From positions 3,378 through 67,377 of the forward strand of contig JAMCWR010000041.1 of assembly GCA_023480665.1 (NCBI GenBank): DNA of 64,000 nt. Direction: 5' to 3'. Position numbers and translations under genes: made by a program. The notes beneath the pieces are model-generated. The model did no database searches, had not been told where the DNA came from, and saw nothing but the letters and a program-made list of their open reading frames with translations. Positions 1-8,817 of the stretch are shown here, piece after piece (within the stretch, counting starts at the first letter, position 1; each line of letters opens with the position of its first letter). The DNA comes from Gammaproteobacteria bacterium (lineage in GTDB: Bacteria > Pseudomonadota > Gammaproteobacteria > UBA9339).

Positions 1-284
1 AGTTTTGCTATTTCTACCCTGATAAGCGAGGATATGAAACAGCTAGCTTCTTTTGAGATTTAACAGCTTAGCGAAAAGCGCGCTTTGCTGCGATCTTATG
101 TAAGTGACCGTTGTTCAAAGTGCATAAGCACACTTTGGTAACGGGGTAACTGCCTAAGCAGTTACAGCTTCTTCGTAGATGTCGTTATTTGCATCTATAA
201 TGTTGCAACCATTTTTAACGAGATAGGTTACATCCTCGGCATGCGCCTTAAGTTTCGCAATCCGCGTCGAAACCGGTCGCCCCC
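1..284 (-). ncRNA. ssrA: tmRNA (SsrA), 5' ~284 nt; the 3' part lies beyond the window start
   Basis: Reverse complement from 284 reads GGGGGCGACCGGTTTCGACGCGG, the canonical tmRNA 5' tRNA-like start. Tag ORF at 154-192(-) is GCA AAT AAC GAC ATC TAC GAA GAA GCT GTA ACT GCT TAG = ANNDIYEEAVTA*. A TATAAT lies at 294-299(-). Confidence 0.85.
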
Positions 285-360
285 ATAATCACAATTATAG
301 CATAGTTTGAAATTATTTTATCTTAAATAACTCTTTGTTTTTAAACAGTTTATATCACGG

Positions 361-404
361 AATAAAAAATCCCGCACTTAGATTAGTTTTGCAAAGTGCG
401 GGAT
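361..404 (-). terminator. Rho-independent terminator downstream of the HU-like gene
   Basis: An 11-bp stem 369-379/394-404 (ATCCCGCACTT / AAGTGCGGGAT) is followed on the minus strand by TTTTTATT. Confidence 0.7.
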
Positions 405-432
405 TTAATTGGTTATAAATAGACTAATCTAT

Positions 433-834
433 TTATTTAACTAGGTCTTTTAATTTCTTTAAAGCTCTAATTTTTACAACATTACGTGCTGGCTTAGCAG
501 CAAAAACCATCGGCTCGCCAGTAAAAGGATTAACACCCTGTCTTGCTTTTGTTGCTGGTTTACGAATTACACGAAACTTTGCAACGCCCGGCAGAGTAAA
601 TTCACCTGGACCACGTTTTTGCAAATGAGCTTCTAAGATATTCATTAAAGCTTCTACAGCTGAAGTAACTTCTTTTTTTGTCAAGCAAATATTTTCAGCG
701 ATAGTACGTAAAATCTGCCCCTTGCCAAAAGGTTCTTTAACAACCACAGGTTTTTTTGGATTACAAACGCATACTGCTTTTTTCATCCCCTTTTTGGTTG
801 CCATTTTACCTTTTTTTGCAGTCTTTTTCGGCAT
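433..834 (-). CDS. HU/IHF-family DNA-binding protein with lysine-rich N-terminal extension
   Basis: The C-terminal ~95 aa match the HU fold pattern (FTLPGVAKFRVIRKPATKARQGVNPFTGEPMVFAAKPARNVVKIRALKKLK). The N-terminus is MPKKTAKKGKMATKKGMKK. ATG at 834 has GAGAGGA 6 nt upstream; the ORF-track start at 849 is TTG. Confidence 0.8.
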   Translation of the reverse strand: MPKKTAKKGKMATKKGMKKAVCVCNPKKPVVVKEPFGKGQILRTIAENICLTKKEVTSAVEALMNILEAHLQKRGPGEFTLPGVAKFRVIRKPATKARQGVNPFTGEPMVFAAKPARNVVKIRALKKLKDLVK

Positions 835-1259
835 ATTGATTCCTCTCAATAAAAAGTTAATAAAATTGCCCTTGAATATAAAACGCTATCACTATACTAG
901 TTTTTTCAAAAAAGTAAATGTTTTTTAAAATTTCGTGCTATTTTTTAAGGGTTTTGCTTATCTTGAATTTTTGCAGTTTATGCGCGCAGCAATTTACCCT
1001 ATTTTTGTAGAATATTTTCATAGTCAGCAAAAATTAGCTCAACTTGAATACAAAAAAACACGTGATTTATTTATTGATCAAAGCACTTTTTAAAAAATAA
1101 TTGTTATGCAAATGCCAGTTCCTTTTTCGTAGTTCTATCTGTTATTCGAATTTAACTCAAACTTTTTGCTAAAAATGAAAACGCGAGCTGGGGTAGCTTG
1201 CAATTTCGACGGAATAATTCTAATTTTATCTTAATTTATTCGTATTTATTCGTAAAAAA

Positions 1260-1288
1260 TTGACATAATCACTTGTATGATTTAAATT
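1260..1288 (+). promoter_or_regulatory. Candidate sigma70 promoter for rplM-rpsI
   Basis: TTGACA (1260-1265), 17-nt spacer, TAAATT (1283-1288), about 75 nt upstream of the rplM ATG. Confidence 0.4.
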
Positions 1289-1364
1289 GCTGCGGTAAAA
1301 TTCGCAGTTCTTTTAAAGAAATCACTGTAATTTATTGTTAATTAATAAAAAAGCGAGAAGTTCA

Positions 1365-1799
1365 ATGGGAACTTTTTATCAAAAAAAATCTGCCATAGTA
1401 AATGCATGGCACCTTATAGATGCAAATAACCAGACCTTGGGTCGCCTGGCAACTCAGATTGCAAGGCTTTTGCTTGGCAAACACAAACCGGAATATTCAC
1501 CACACTTAGATTTTGGCGATTATGTGGTAGTTACTAATGCTGCAAAAATCCGAGTAACCGGCAAAAAACTTAAAGACAAAATTTATTACCATTATTCTGG
1601 TTATCAAAGCGGTATTAAATCAATCTGCCTTGGTGATTTGCTTGCAAAAGCCCCAGATCGTGCCATTAAGGAAGCAGTAAAAAATATGCTACCAAAAGGC
1701 CCGAAGGGTAGAAAAATGTTTAGCAAACTCAAAGTTTATCCTGGCGCCGAGCATCCACACACCGCTCAAAAACTAAAAGCATTTGAAATCGAGGCTTAA
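1365..1799 (+). CDS. rplM: 50S ribosomal protein L13
   Basis: [33 protein letters not shown] resembles the L13 N-terminus (WYVVDA..LGRLAT). rplM-rpsI synteny. Start moved to ATG 1365. Confidence 0.95.
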   Translation: MGTFYQKKSAIVNAWHLIDANNQTLGRLATQIARLLLGKHKPEYSPHLDFGDYVVVTNAAKIRVTGKKLKDKIYYHYSGYQSGIKSICLGDLLAKAPDRAIKEAVKNMLPKGPKGRKMFSKLKVYPGAEHPHTAQKLKAFEIEA

Positions 1800-1806
1800 A
1801 ATACCA

Positions 1807-2232
1807 ATGAGTAACCTAGAAAAAAATCGTTTTTATGGTACTGGTCGACGCAAAACTTCTGTTGCAAGAGTTTATCTGCGTCCTGGTAATGGCGTAATCT
1901 TAGTCAATAAAAAACCAATCGATGAATACTTTGGTCGTGAAACATCGCGAATGGTTATTCGGCAGCCTTTGGTTGCTACAACTGCTCTTGATAAATTTGA
2001 CATCTTCGCCACTGTATATGGCGGCGGCTCAAGCGGTCAAGCTGGGGCAATTCGCTTAGGTATTGCTAGAGCGCTAGTTGAGCACGAAAAAGAAATAACC
2101 GCTGGTGCAGACACGACAACTAAACGCACATTGCGTACTAGTGGGTACCTTACTCGAGATTCACGTGTAGTTGAGCGCAAAAAAGTTGGGCGGCATAAGG
2201 CGCGTCGCGGTACTCAATATTCGAAACGTTAA
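1807..2232 (+). CDS. rpsI: 30S ribosomal protein S9
   Basis: [18 protein letters not shown]...[18 protein letters not shown]...[18 protein letters not shown] are S9 hallmarks. Start at ATG 1807. Confidence 0.95.
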   Translation: MSNLEKNRFYGTGRRKTSVARVYLRPGNGVILVNKKPIDEYFGRETSRMVIRQPLVATTALDKFDIFATVYGGGSSGQAGAIRLGIARALVEHEKEITAGADTTTKRTLRTSGYLTRDSRVVERKKVGRHKARRGTQYSKR

Positions 2233-2329
2233 TTACTTATTGTTCATTTAATTACTATAAGTGAGTTGATGGAGGAGTATAAGCAATAATTTTCAGCCTT
2301 CCGCGTACTACCCTCTATCATCAAAAGTT

Positions 2330-2403
2330 TGGGGGATCGTCTAGCGGCAAGACTGCGGACTCTGACTCCGCCAACCTAGGTTCAAATCCTAGTCCCCCAG
2401 CCA
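2330..2403 (+). tRNA. tRNA-Gln (anticodon CTG)
   Basis: TGGGGGA acceptor pairs with TCCCCCA-G-CCA. Anticodon stem GCGGA/TCCGC with loop CTCTGAC. T-arm CTAGG-TTCAAAT-CCTAG. Closely resembles E. coli tRNA-Gln as recalled. Confidence 0.9.
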
Positions 2404-2435
2404 ATAAACTTATTAAAACTTAATAGAGGAAGATA

Positions 2436-3056
2436 ATGACTGTTTTAAAACGCTCAACAATGACTCTATATTCTGGCGCAAATGATATTGCAAGCCATAG
2501 AGTGCGAATAGTGCTTGCAGAAAAAGATGTTACGGTAGATATTTTATTCACTGACCCAAACAACCCGCCAGAAGATTTATTAACCTTAAACCCATATAAT
2601 TCTCTACCAACTCTAGTTGACCGAGATTTAGTATTATACCAGGTAGATGTTATTGCTGAATATCTCGATGAGCGTTTTCCGCACCCCCCGCTTTTACCAG
2701 TTTACCCAATTGCTCGCGCTAAATGTCGACTAATGATTCATCGAATAGATAATGATTGGCTCAGCTTGATTTCTATTATCCAAAAAGGCAAAAAAAACGA
2801 AGCCGATGATGCACGCAAAGCGCTTCGTGATCAATTAATTACTACTGCACCAATTTTTGCGGAAATGCCATATTTTTTAAGCGAAGATTTTACTTTAGTT
2901 GATTGCTATTTGGCCGCAATACTTTGGCGCTTACCAAGTTTTGGTATCGAACTACCTGCGTCTGCCAAGGCAATACATGATTATGCTGAGCGCATATTTA
3001 AACGCGATTCATTTCAAACCAGCCTCTCTGAAGCTGAACGTGAGTTGCGAGAATAG
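2436..3056 (+). CDS. sspA: Stringent starvation protein A (GST-like)
   Basis: MTLYSGANDIASHRVRIVLAEKDV...LPTLVDRDL...YLDERFPHPPLLPVYP matches recalled E. coli SspA. GAGGAAG RBS. Confidence 0.9.
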   Translation: MTVLKRSTMTLYSGANDIASHRVRIVLAEKDVTVDILFTDPNNPPEDLLTLNPYNSLPTLVDRDLVLYQVDVIAEYLDERFPHPPLLPVYPIARAKCRLMIHRIDNDWLSLISIIQKGKKNEADDARKALRDQLITTAPIFAEMPYFLSEDFTLVDCYLAAILWRLPSFGIELPASAKAIHDYAERIFKRDSFQTSLSEAERELRE

Positions 3057-3057
3057 C

Positions 3058-3510
3058 ATGGAAACCACCCTTACTTCATCGAAACCATATTTAATTCGTG
3101 CTATTTATGAGTGGCTTGCAGATAATAATCTAACCCCATATATTGCTGTTGATGCTTCTATTCCTGATGTTTGCGTCCCGAAAAAATTTGTCAATGATAA
3201 TCGTATTGTTTTAAATATCTCGCCAATTGCTGCGCATAACTTACGCATTGGCAATGATGCTATTGAATTTCAAGCACGCTTTGGCGCATCCACGCAACAT
3301 ATTTTTATTCCAACTGTTGCCGTTATTGCAATTTATTCCCGGGAAAATAACCGCGGGATGGTTTTCCCGCAAGATGAAGCGGCGGCAAAAACAACGGCGA
3401 ATGGCAGCGGTTTAATGGAAAACCTGCCAATATCCCCTACTCACAAGAAAAAACCTATCCTCAAAGTAGTAAAAGGCGGTAAAAGTTCGGATGACAAAGT
3501 CCCAGCGTAA
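3058..3510 (+). CDS. sspB: Stringent starvation protein B (ClpXP adaptor)
   Basis: METTLTSSKPYLIRAIYEWLADNNLTPYIAVDA is a typical SspB N-terminus. It starts 2 nt after the sspA stop. The ORF-track 2899 start is an out-of-gene extension. Confidence 0.9.
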   Translation: METTLTSSKPYLIRAIYEWLADNNLTPYIAVDASIPDVCVPKKFVNDNRIVLNISPIAAHNLRIGNDAIEFQARFGASTQHIFIPTVAVIAIYSRENNRGMVFPQDEAAAKTTANGSGLMENLPISPTHKKKPILKVVKGGKSSDDKVPA

Positions 3511-3653
3511 TTTTAATATATAAAATAAAATCTTTTCACAATAGAGCTACAACGTAGCGAATTGCTTCACCAGCCCAGGTTACAGCATTGCGTTTTTTGC
3601 AATGCAAGGCCTGGGTCCCAGCGTAACATATAAAAAAATAAAATCTTTTCACA
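3499..3653. repeat. Imperfect ~40-bp direct repeat duplicating the sspB stop region, flanking a 74-bp hairpin-containing insert
   Basis: 3499-3540 GTCCCAGCGTAATTTTAATATATAAAATAAAATCTTTTCACA versus 3615-3653 GTCCCAGCGTAACATATAAAAAAATAAAATCTTTTCACA. Hairpin CCCAGG...GCATTGC-GTTTTTT-GCAATGC...CCTGGG at 3574-3615 sits between convergent genes. Confidence 0.8.
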
Positions 3654-3662
3654 TCCCTTTTT

Positions 3663-4319
3663 TTACAATCCAAAAATGCTTTTAATTAAGGAATAAAACA
3701 AGGTCATCGCTGGGTTGATAATTACATTCAGAAACCCAACTGCAAGCAAAAACAATAGAACAAAAAAACCGATTGGCGCCATCTGTTCATAACGTATCGC
3801 CAATTTTTTTGGCAAAAACCCTGCTAACACATGGCCGCCATCAAGTGGTGGAATTGGCAGCAGATTTAATATAAACAACATGATGTTAATTTCTATACCT
3901 GCCTTCCCCATATAATAAACCGCTGACATTCCAGGAATATTATGTTGCACCAAAATTGCCCCAATTTTGCCAATTGCCGCCCAAATAAACAACATCAAAA
4001 AATTTGCAAACGGCCCCGCAGCTGCCACTAACGCTAAATCTCGTTTTGGTTTATGAAAATGGCGTGAATTAATTGGTACGGGTTTTGCCCAACCAATTAT
4101 CACGCCACCAAGTATTACCAAAATTATTGGCACAATTACTGTGCCAATAATATCGATGTGCTTTAATGGATTCAGCGTTAATCTGCCTAAAACACGCGCG
4201 GTTTTATCGCCGAGTAAATACGCAACATAACCGTGCGCAACCTCATGCACAGTGATTGCAAATAAAACTGGCAAAAGTGAAACTGAAATAATTTGGACAA
4301 AAGTTAATTGATCCATCAA
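3663..4319 (-). CDS. Site-2 protease family (peptidase M50) membrane metalloprotease
   Basis: HEVAHG zinc motif in the first TM segment, multiple TM helices, and a downstream LLPIPPLDGG motif. Confidence 0.8.
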   Translation of the reverse strand: MMDQLTFVQIISVSLLPVLFAITVHEVAHGYVAYLLGDKTARVLGRLTLNPLKHIDIIGTVIVPIILVILGGVIIGWAKPVPINSRHFHKPKRDLALVAAAGPFANFLMLFIWAAIGKIGAILVQHNIPGMSAVYYMGKAGIEINIMLFILNLLPIPPLDGGHVLAGFLPKKLAIRYEQMAPIGFFVLLFLLAVGFLNVIINPAMTLFYSLIKSIFGL

Positions 4320-4338
4320 AGCATGCTCTTTTTATTTT

Positions 4339-4908
4339 TTAATTAATATATTCAAATAACTTAACTACTTTTTTGACACCAACCACAGTCCTGGTTCTTG
4401 CTGTTGCAATATCAGCTTGACTGCGCGATGTTAATCCCATTAGGTAAACAGTGCTATTTTCTGTAACAATTTTTAACTGCATAGATTTTAGATCAACATC
4501 AGACATAAGCACGGTTTTAACTTTAGTAGTAATCCAAGCATCATTAGTCATTACCAATTCAGTAATTGGAGCTTCAATAGTGATCTCGTTGTAAAGCAAC
4601 TTAACTTTTGGAACTGATTTAGCCAAAGTTTCTGCGCGATTTTTTAACTCTTGAGTTGGCGCCTGCCCAACAAGTAATGCAATATGGTCAAAAGTAGCCA
4701 CAGAAACGTGGGCCTTTTGCTTCAGCTCATCATCAGCATCTAATTTACCTTGGATCTGAAAGGTAATATTACGATCTTCAAAAATCGTCTGTGTGGAGCG
4801 CTTATCTGCAACCACTGCGCCACCAGCCGCGGCACCTGCCACAAGCGCTGCTGGAACACAGCCTTGCAAAAAAAACACCATAGCTAAACAGAAAAAAGCC
4901 TTTTTCAT
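4339..4908 (-). CDS. dolP: BON-domain outer-membrane lipoprotein (DolP/YraP-like)
   Basis: Lipobox FLQGC at the N-terminus and two BON-like segments. Located next to diaA as in the E. coli diaA-dolP pair. Confidence 0.7.
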   Translation of the reverse strand: MKKAFFCLAMVFFLQGCVPAALVAGAAAGGAVVADKRSTQTIFEDRNITFQIQGKLDADDELKQKAHVSVATFDHIALLVGQAPTQELKNRAETLAKSVPKVKLLYNEITIEAPITELVMTNDAWITTKVKTVLMSDVDLKSMQLKIVTENSTVYLMGLTSRSQADIATARTRTVVGVKKVVKLFEYIN

Positions 4909-4911
4909 TTT

Positions 4912-5508
4912 TCACCTCTTATCAGGAAAAAGTTGGTAATCAATCAAATCACACAAATAATGAATTACTAAAATATGCACTTCTTGGATTCTTGGAGTTA
5001 CAGCCGCTGGCACACAAATTTCAACATCTCGCTCATTATCTAAGATAGTATGCACCATCCCGCCATCGCGACCTGATAACGAGACTACCCGCATTTTTTG
5101 GCTCTTTGCAGCTGCTATTGCTTGCACAATATTTTTCGAGTTGCCGCTAGTTGAAATCGCAAGCAACACATCATCAACTTTACCGATAGCACGAATTTGT
5201 TTAGCAAAAACTTCGGTATAATCGTAATCGTTGGCAATCGATGAAATAACTGCTGTATCAGCTGTTAGTGAGATGGCGGGCAATGCAGCGCGCTCCATCT
5301 GATAGCGATTAACTAATTCCGAAGCAAAGTGCATAGCATCACATGCAGAGCCACCATTACCACAGCAAAGAATTTTACCGCCATTTTTAATGCTATGCGC
5401 CATTAATACTGCAGCAGCTTCAATAGCAAGCGGTAGAACTTCTGCAGAACGCCTTTGTGCTTCAACACTTTCTGCAAAGTTTTCCTGGATACGATCAATA
5501 AGCGACAT
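4912..5508 (-). CDS. diaA: SIS-domain protein DiaA / GmhA-family phosphoheptose isomerase-like
   Basis: KILCCGNGGSACDAMHFASEL...LLAISTSGNS...RIQEVHILVIHYLCDLID aligns along its length with recalled E. coli DiaA. Confidence 0.75.
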   Translation of the reverse strand: MSLIDRIQENFAESVEAQRRSAEVLPLAIEAAAVLMAHSIKNGGKILCCGNGGSACDAMHFASELVNRYQMERAALPAISLTADTAVISSIANDYDYTEVFAKQIRAIGKVDDVLLAISTSGNSKNIVQAIAAAKSQKMRVVSLSGRDGGMVHTILDNERDVEICVPAAVTPRIQEVHILVIHYLCDLIDYQLFPDKR

Positions 5509-5542
5509 AGTTTTCTCTGTAACAAATTAACAATTTCAACAA

Positions 5543-6166
5543 TTATTCCGCAACCTTCATCTCTAATAACGGCGCGGTTAATTCAGGCTTACTTTCATTT
5601 AAAGCTTTACGATAAGATTGCATTGCATTTTCATTATCGCCAAGCAACGCAAAAATATCACCTTTTGTTTCATCAACCATTGCAAGATAAGCGGGATCAT
5701 CAAGCGCACTTAATGCTTCATTCGCAAGCTGTGGCTTTTTTGTTGCAATTAAAACACGAGCCAAACGAATTCGTGCCACTTGACGAAAACTCTTACTTTT
5801 TGCATGGTTAATTATCCACTGCAAATCCTCGATAGCAGCAGAATAATTTTTATCTTGCACAGCATTTTTTGCCAATAAAAATGCTGCCAAACTTGCATAA
5901 GGACTGCGCTTGTAATCTTGCATTAAATTTTTTGCCAACGATTCTGCATCTTCTGTTTTTTTCTGATCAAAAGCATTTAGCACCTGAGTATAGGTAACAG
6001 AAGCCCTGGCAATTCTCAGCGCTGTTGTTTGATGCCAATAGCGCCAGCCAAAATTTGCCACTAAAAAAACTATTACTCCAGTTAAAATGGCGGAACCATA
6101 TTGTTTCCACCAATCTTTAATTAACTGAATCTGTTCCTGATCTGATTCATGCATAATTCGCTCCAA
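5543..6166 (-). CDS. yfgM: YfgM-like TPR membrane protein (ancillary SecYEG subunit family)
   Basis: N-terminal acidic stretch, one TM (ILTGVIVFLVANFGWRYW), then a TPR-like region. Position immediately after hisS as in E. coli. The start could be the internal ATG at 6154. Confidence 0.7.
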   Translation of the reverse strand: MERIMHESDQEQIQLIKDWWKQYGSAILTGVIVFLVANFGWRYWHQTTALRIARASVTYTQVLNAFDQKKTEDAESLAKNLMQDYKRSPYASLAAFLLAKNAVQDKNYSAAIEDLQWIINHAKSKSFRQVARIRLARVLIATKKPQLANEALSALDDPAYLAMVDETKGDIFALLGDNENAMQSYRKALNESKPELTAPLLEMKVAE

Positions 6167-7424
6167 AATTTTTTAAATATGTCACAAGCTCTGCAAAATT
6201 AACTTGGGTATCTGAAACACCCTTGCGCATATATTTAACCGTTGCTTGATTTTTCGCTAACTCAGAATCACCAATAATTATCGCTAAAACTGCCTCGCTT
6301 TTATCAGCGCGTTTTAATTGCGCACTTAATGCACCACCGCCGCAGTTAGTAATAAAACAAAAATTTGGTAAATCACTGCGTAAATTTTCAGCTAATGCAA
6401 AACCAAACTTAGTCGCATTCTTACCAAGCAACGCCAAATAAATTTTTGGCTTGGTTAAAGCAGTTGCTTTTGATTGAGCTAATTCTGCCAACCTCTCTAT
6501 GCCCATAGCAAAACCAATTGCTGGCGTTGATTTACCACCTAATTCTGCCACCAAACCATCATAATGACCGCCAGCACAAACAGCACCTTGCGCCCCAAGC
6601 TCGCTAGTTACCCATTCAAATACAGTTAAACAATAATAATCAAGACCTCGAACTAAACATGGGTTAACCTGGTATTTAATTTTTAAATTATCTAATATAT
6701 CACATAGCTCTAAAAAATGCGCTTTTGGCTCGCCATCTAAACAATCAATAATTTTTGGTGCTCCCTTGATTAACGCAGCTAACGCTGGATTTTTGCTATC
6801 TAATATCCTAAGTGGATTAAACTCTAGTCGATGTAGGCTATCTTGATCTAATTGAGCTAAGTTGGCACGAAAATAATCCCGCAACAATTCTCGATATTTA
6901 TCGCGTGTTTTTGCATCACCCAAGGTATTTATTTCTAAAGAAACTTTATCTGCTATACCTAAACGCTGCCAAAACTGTGCAGACATTGCTAAAACTTCTG
7001 CGTCAATGTCAGGACCAGATAAACCAAACGCCTCTACCCCAAATTGATGGAATTGCCGATAACGACCTTTTTGTGGACGTTCATGTCGAAACATCGGGCC
7101 AAAATAAAAAAAGCGTTGAATCTGATTAAATAAAAGACCGTGTTCAATCCCAGCGCGCACACAACTGGCAGTACCTTCTGGGCGTAAGGTAAGGCTATCA
7201 CCATTGCGATCGAGAAAAGTATACATTTCCTTCTCAACGATATCGGTTACTTCGCCAATCGCTCGTGAAAAAAGTTCAGTTGATTCAAGAATTGGAAAAC
7301 GAATTTCGCTATAACCATAACTTTTTGCTACATCAAATAAAGTGCTTTCAAGATAATGCCAAAATTCCGCCTCTTTTGGCAAAATATCTTTCATGCCACG
7401 AATCGCTTGAATATTTTTTCCCAC
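6147..7424 (-). CDS. hisS: Histidine--tRNA ligase
   Basis: IQAIRGMKDILP...LRPEGTA...FRHERPQKGRYRQFHQ...GGGRYD-like GGHYDGL are class II HisRS motifs. Confidence 0.95.
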   Translation of the reverse strand: MGKNIQAIRGMKDILPKEAEFWHYLESTLFDVAKSYGYSEIRFPILESTELFSRAIGEVTDIVEKEMYTFLDRNGDSLTLRPEGTASCVRAGIEHGLLFNQIQRFFYFGPMFRHERPQKGRYRQFHQFGVEAFGLSGPDIDAEVLAMSAQFWQRLGIADKVSLEINTLGDAKTRDKYRELLRDYFRANLAQLDQDSLHRLEFNPLRILDSKNPALAALIKGAPKIIDCLDGEPKAHFLELCDILDNLKIKYQVNPCLVRGLDYYCLTVFEWVTSELGAQGAVCAGGHYDGLVAELGGKSTPAIGFAMGIERLAELAQSKATALTKPKIYLALLGKNATKFGFALAENLRSDLPNFCFITNCGGGALSAQLKRADKSEAVLAIIIGDSELAKNQATVKYMRKGVSDTQVNFAELVTYLKNFGANYA

Positions 7425-7436
7425 AAATAAACTCCA

Positions 7437-8126
7437 TTATTCCTTCGGTTTTTGCGCGCTTTCTAGGTTCTCAGGCTGCAAATTCAAGTTAATATCTTGA
7501 CTGGTTTCGTGTTTTTTATCACCTGGTTTAGCAGGTTCGGTTTGGGTATCTTTCGCAGCTTGATTGGCTGACGCAGTAATATTAGTAGCGGCTGTTGTTG
7601 CCTTTTGATCAGCGGTTTCTGCTGCCTTAACCTCAACATTTTCAACTGGAATTGCTTTCAAAGCTTCGTCATTGGAAGGAGAATTTTTTGCCGGTTTATG
7701 TAGTATTACAGCAAAAAGTATTATTACCAACAACACAATCGCTGCAATAACCCAGAGCTTTCGCCCAAATCTATTGTACAGTTTACTCAAAATAGTATTT
7801 TTCTGTAATAACTCAGCCCCAGCATGTCTACTGTGATAAGTTTGCTTCTGTTCAGTGAAAACATGCATCTTTTCGAATTCTTCAAGAATAGGGTCAATTG
7901 GCAATTCCAAAAATTCTGCATAAGCCTTCAAATAACCTCGTGCATAAACTAGCGCAGCAATTCTCGAGTAATCATTATTTTCAAGATCACTGATTATTTG
8001 TTTTGAAATCAAAAGAGATTTTGAAACTTCATTTTCAGTTAAATTTCTTTTTTCCCGAGCTGCTTTTAGTTTTGATCCTGGGCCGATTACCCCACTTACT
8101 TGCCCTTCTATGCGTGTATTACTCAT
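7437..8126 (-). CDS. rodZ: Cytoskeleton protein RodZ (HTH plus TM; short C-terminus)
   Basis: N-terminal XRE-type HTH (LKAAREKRNLTENEVSKSLLISKQIISDLENNDYS...ARGYLKAYAEFL) and a single TM (LWVIAAIVLLVIILFAVIL). Synteny with hisS. The C-terminus is low-complexity and no DUF4115-like domain is evident. Confidence 0.8.
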   Translation of the reverse strand: MSNTRIEGQVSGVIGPGSKLKAAREKRNLTENEVSKSLLISKQIISDLENNDYSRIAALVYARGYLKAYAEFLELPIDPILEEFEKMHVFTEQKQTYHSRHAGAELLQKNTILSKLYNRFGRKLWVIAAIVLLVIILFAVILHKPAKNSPSNDEALKAIPVENVEVKAAETADQKATTAATNITASANQAAKDTQTEPAKPGDKKHETSQDINLNLQPENLESAQKPKE

Positions 8127-8153
8127 TTTTTTCTCTGTACAAATTTTAACTTA

Positions 8154-8186
8154 TTGATTTTAAAAGCAAATTTTTTTACATGTTTT
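8154..8186. repeat. Dispersed intergenic repeat, copy A
   Basis: TTGATTTTAAAAGCAAATTTTTTTACATGTTTT is near-identical to 22865-22897 and, inverted, to part of 46334-46383. Confidence 0.7.
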
Positions 8187-8282
8187 GCTCAAGCTTGCTA
8201 TTTTATGCGAGTTTTGACTAAAAGCAAACTAGACTTTTAAAAATAAAACGCCGGGAAATTTGATTTATTTTGTTTTAAAAAT

Positions 8283-8756
8283 TTAATTTTGGATATGTGA
8301 AGAAGCAAGATGAAAATTATGCGCCGCGTTAGATGTTTGATCGTAAGTTAAATCTGTAGCCGCAAGGTAAAAATAATGCTGAGCCTCTTTATAGCGATGC
8401 GCGCGATATAAAAAAATACCATAACTATTCCATGCCGCTCCTTTTTCGTTGGCATTTGAAATCGCGCTTAGATAATATTTTTCAGCGTTTTTGTGATCAC
8501 CTGAAACTTCTAAAAAGTAAGCAAAAGCAACATTAGATGCATAATCATGCGGCGCCTCATCTAGCGCATGCAGTAATTTATTTTTTGCTAGCTCAATCTT
8601 CCCTTGTTTTAGATACAAAATACCAAGCTCAGAATTAATCCGCGAAGCTGCAAGTAAATTATTTTTTGGCGCATCAAAACTACAGGCACTAATAAAAATT
8701 ATATTTAGTAAAAATATGATTAATAATTTTCGCTGCATAATAAATATAAGTTTCAT
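8283..8756 (-). CDS. pilW: Type IV pilus biogenesis TPR lipoprotein PilW/PilF, apparently C-terminally truncated
   Basis: Lipobox (FISAC). The TPR region aligns with recalled P. aeruginosa PilF up to about residue 160 (NSYGIFLYRAHRYKEA vs NNYGGFLYEQKRYEEA), then stops. PilF and PilW are about 250 aa. Confidence 0.65.
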   Translation of the reverse strand: MKLIFIMQRKLLIIFLLNIIFISACSFDAPKNNLLAASRINSELGILYLKQGKIELAKNKLLHALDEAPHDYASNVAFAYFLEVSGDHKNAEKYYLSAISNANEKGAAWNSYGIFLYRAHRYKEAQHYFYLAATDLTYDQTSNAAHNFHLASSHIQN

Positions 8757-8817
8757 CTTAAATTGATGTGATTAATATTTATTATGCCTTTTAAAAAGAA
8801 TTTGCAATACCGCGTTT

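Noticed and set aside
1190-1212. GGGGTAGCTTGCAATTTCGACGG resembling the miniature-element terminal IR (GGGGTAGCAGGCACATTTAAACC)
   Set aside because: Only the first 8 nt and scattered positions match (about 14 of 23). There is no partner IR nearby, so chance similarity or an ancient solo end cannot be distinguished.
2899-3057. N-terminal extension of the sspB ORF overlapping sspA
   Set aside because: Homology to SspB begins at the ATG at 3058, 2 nt after the sspA stop. The upstream part is just the open frame across the sspA 3' end.
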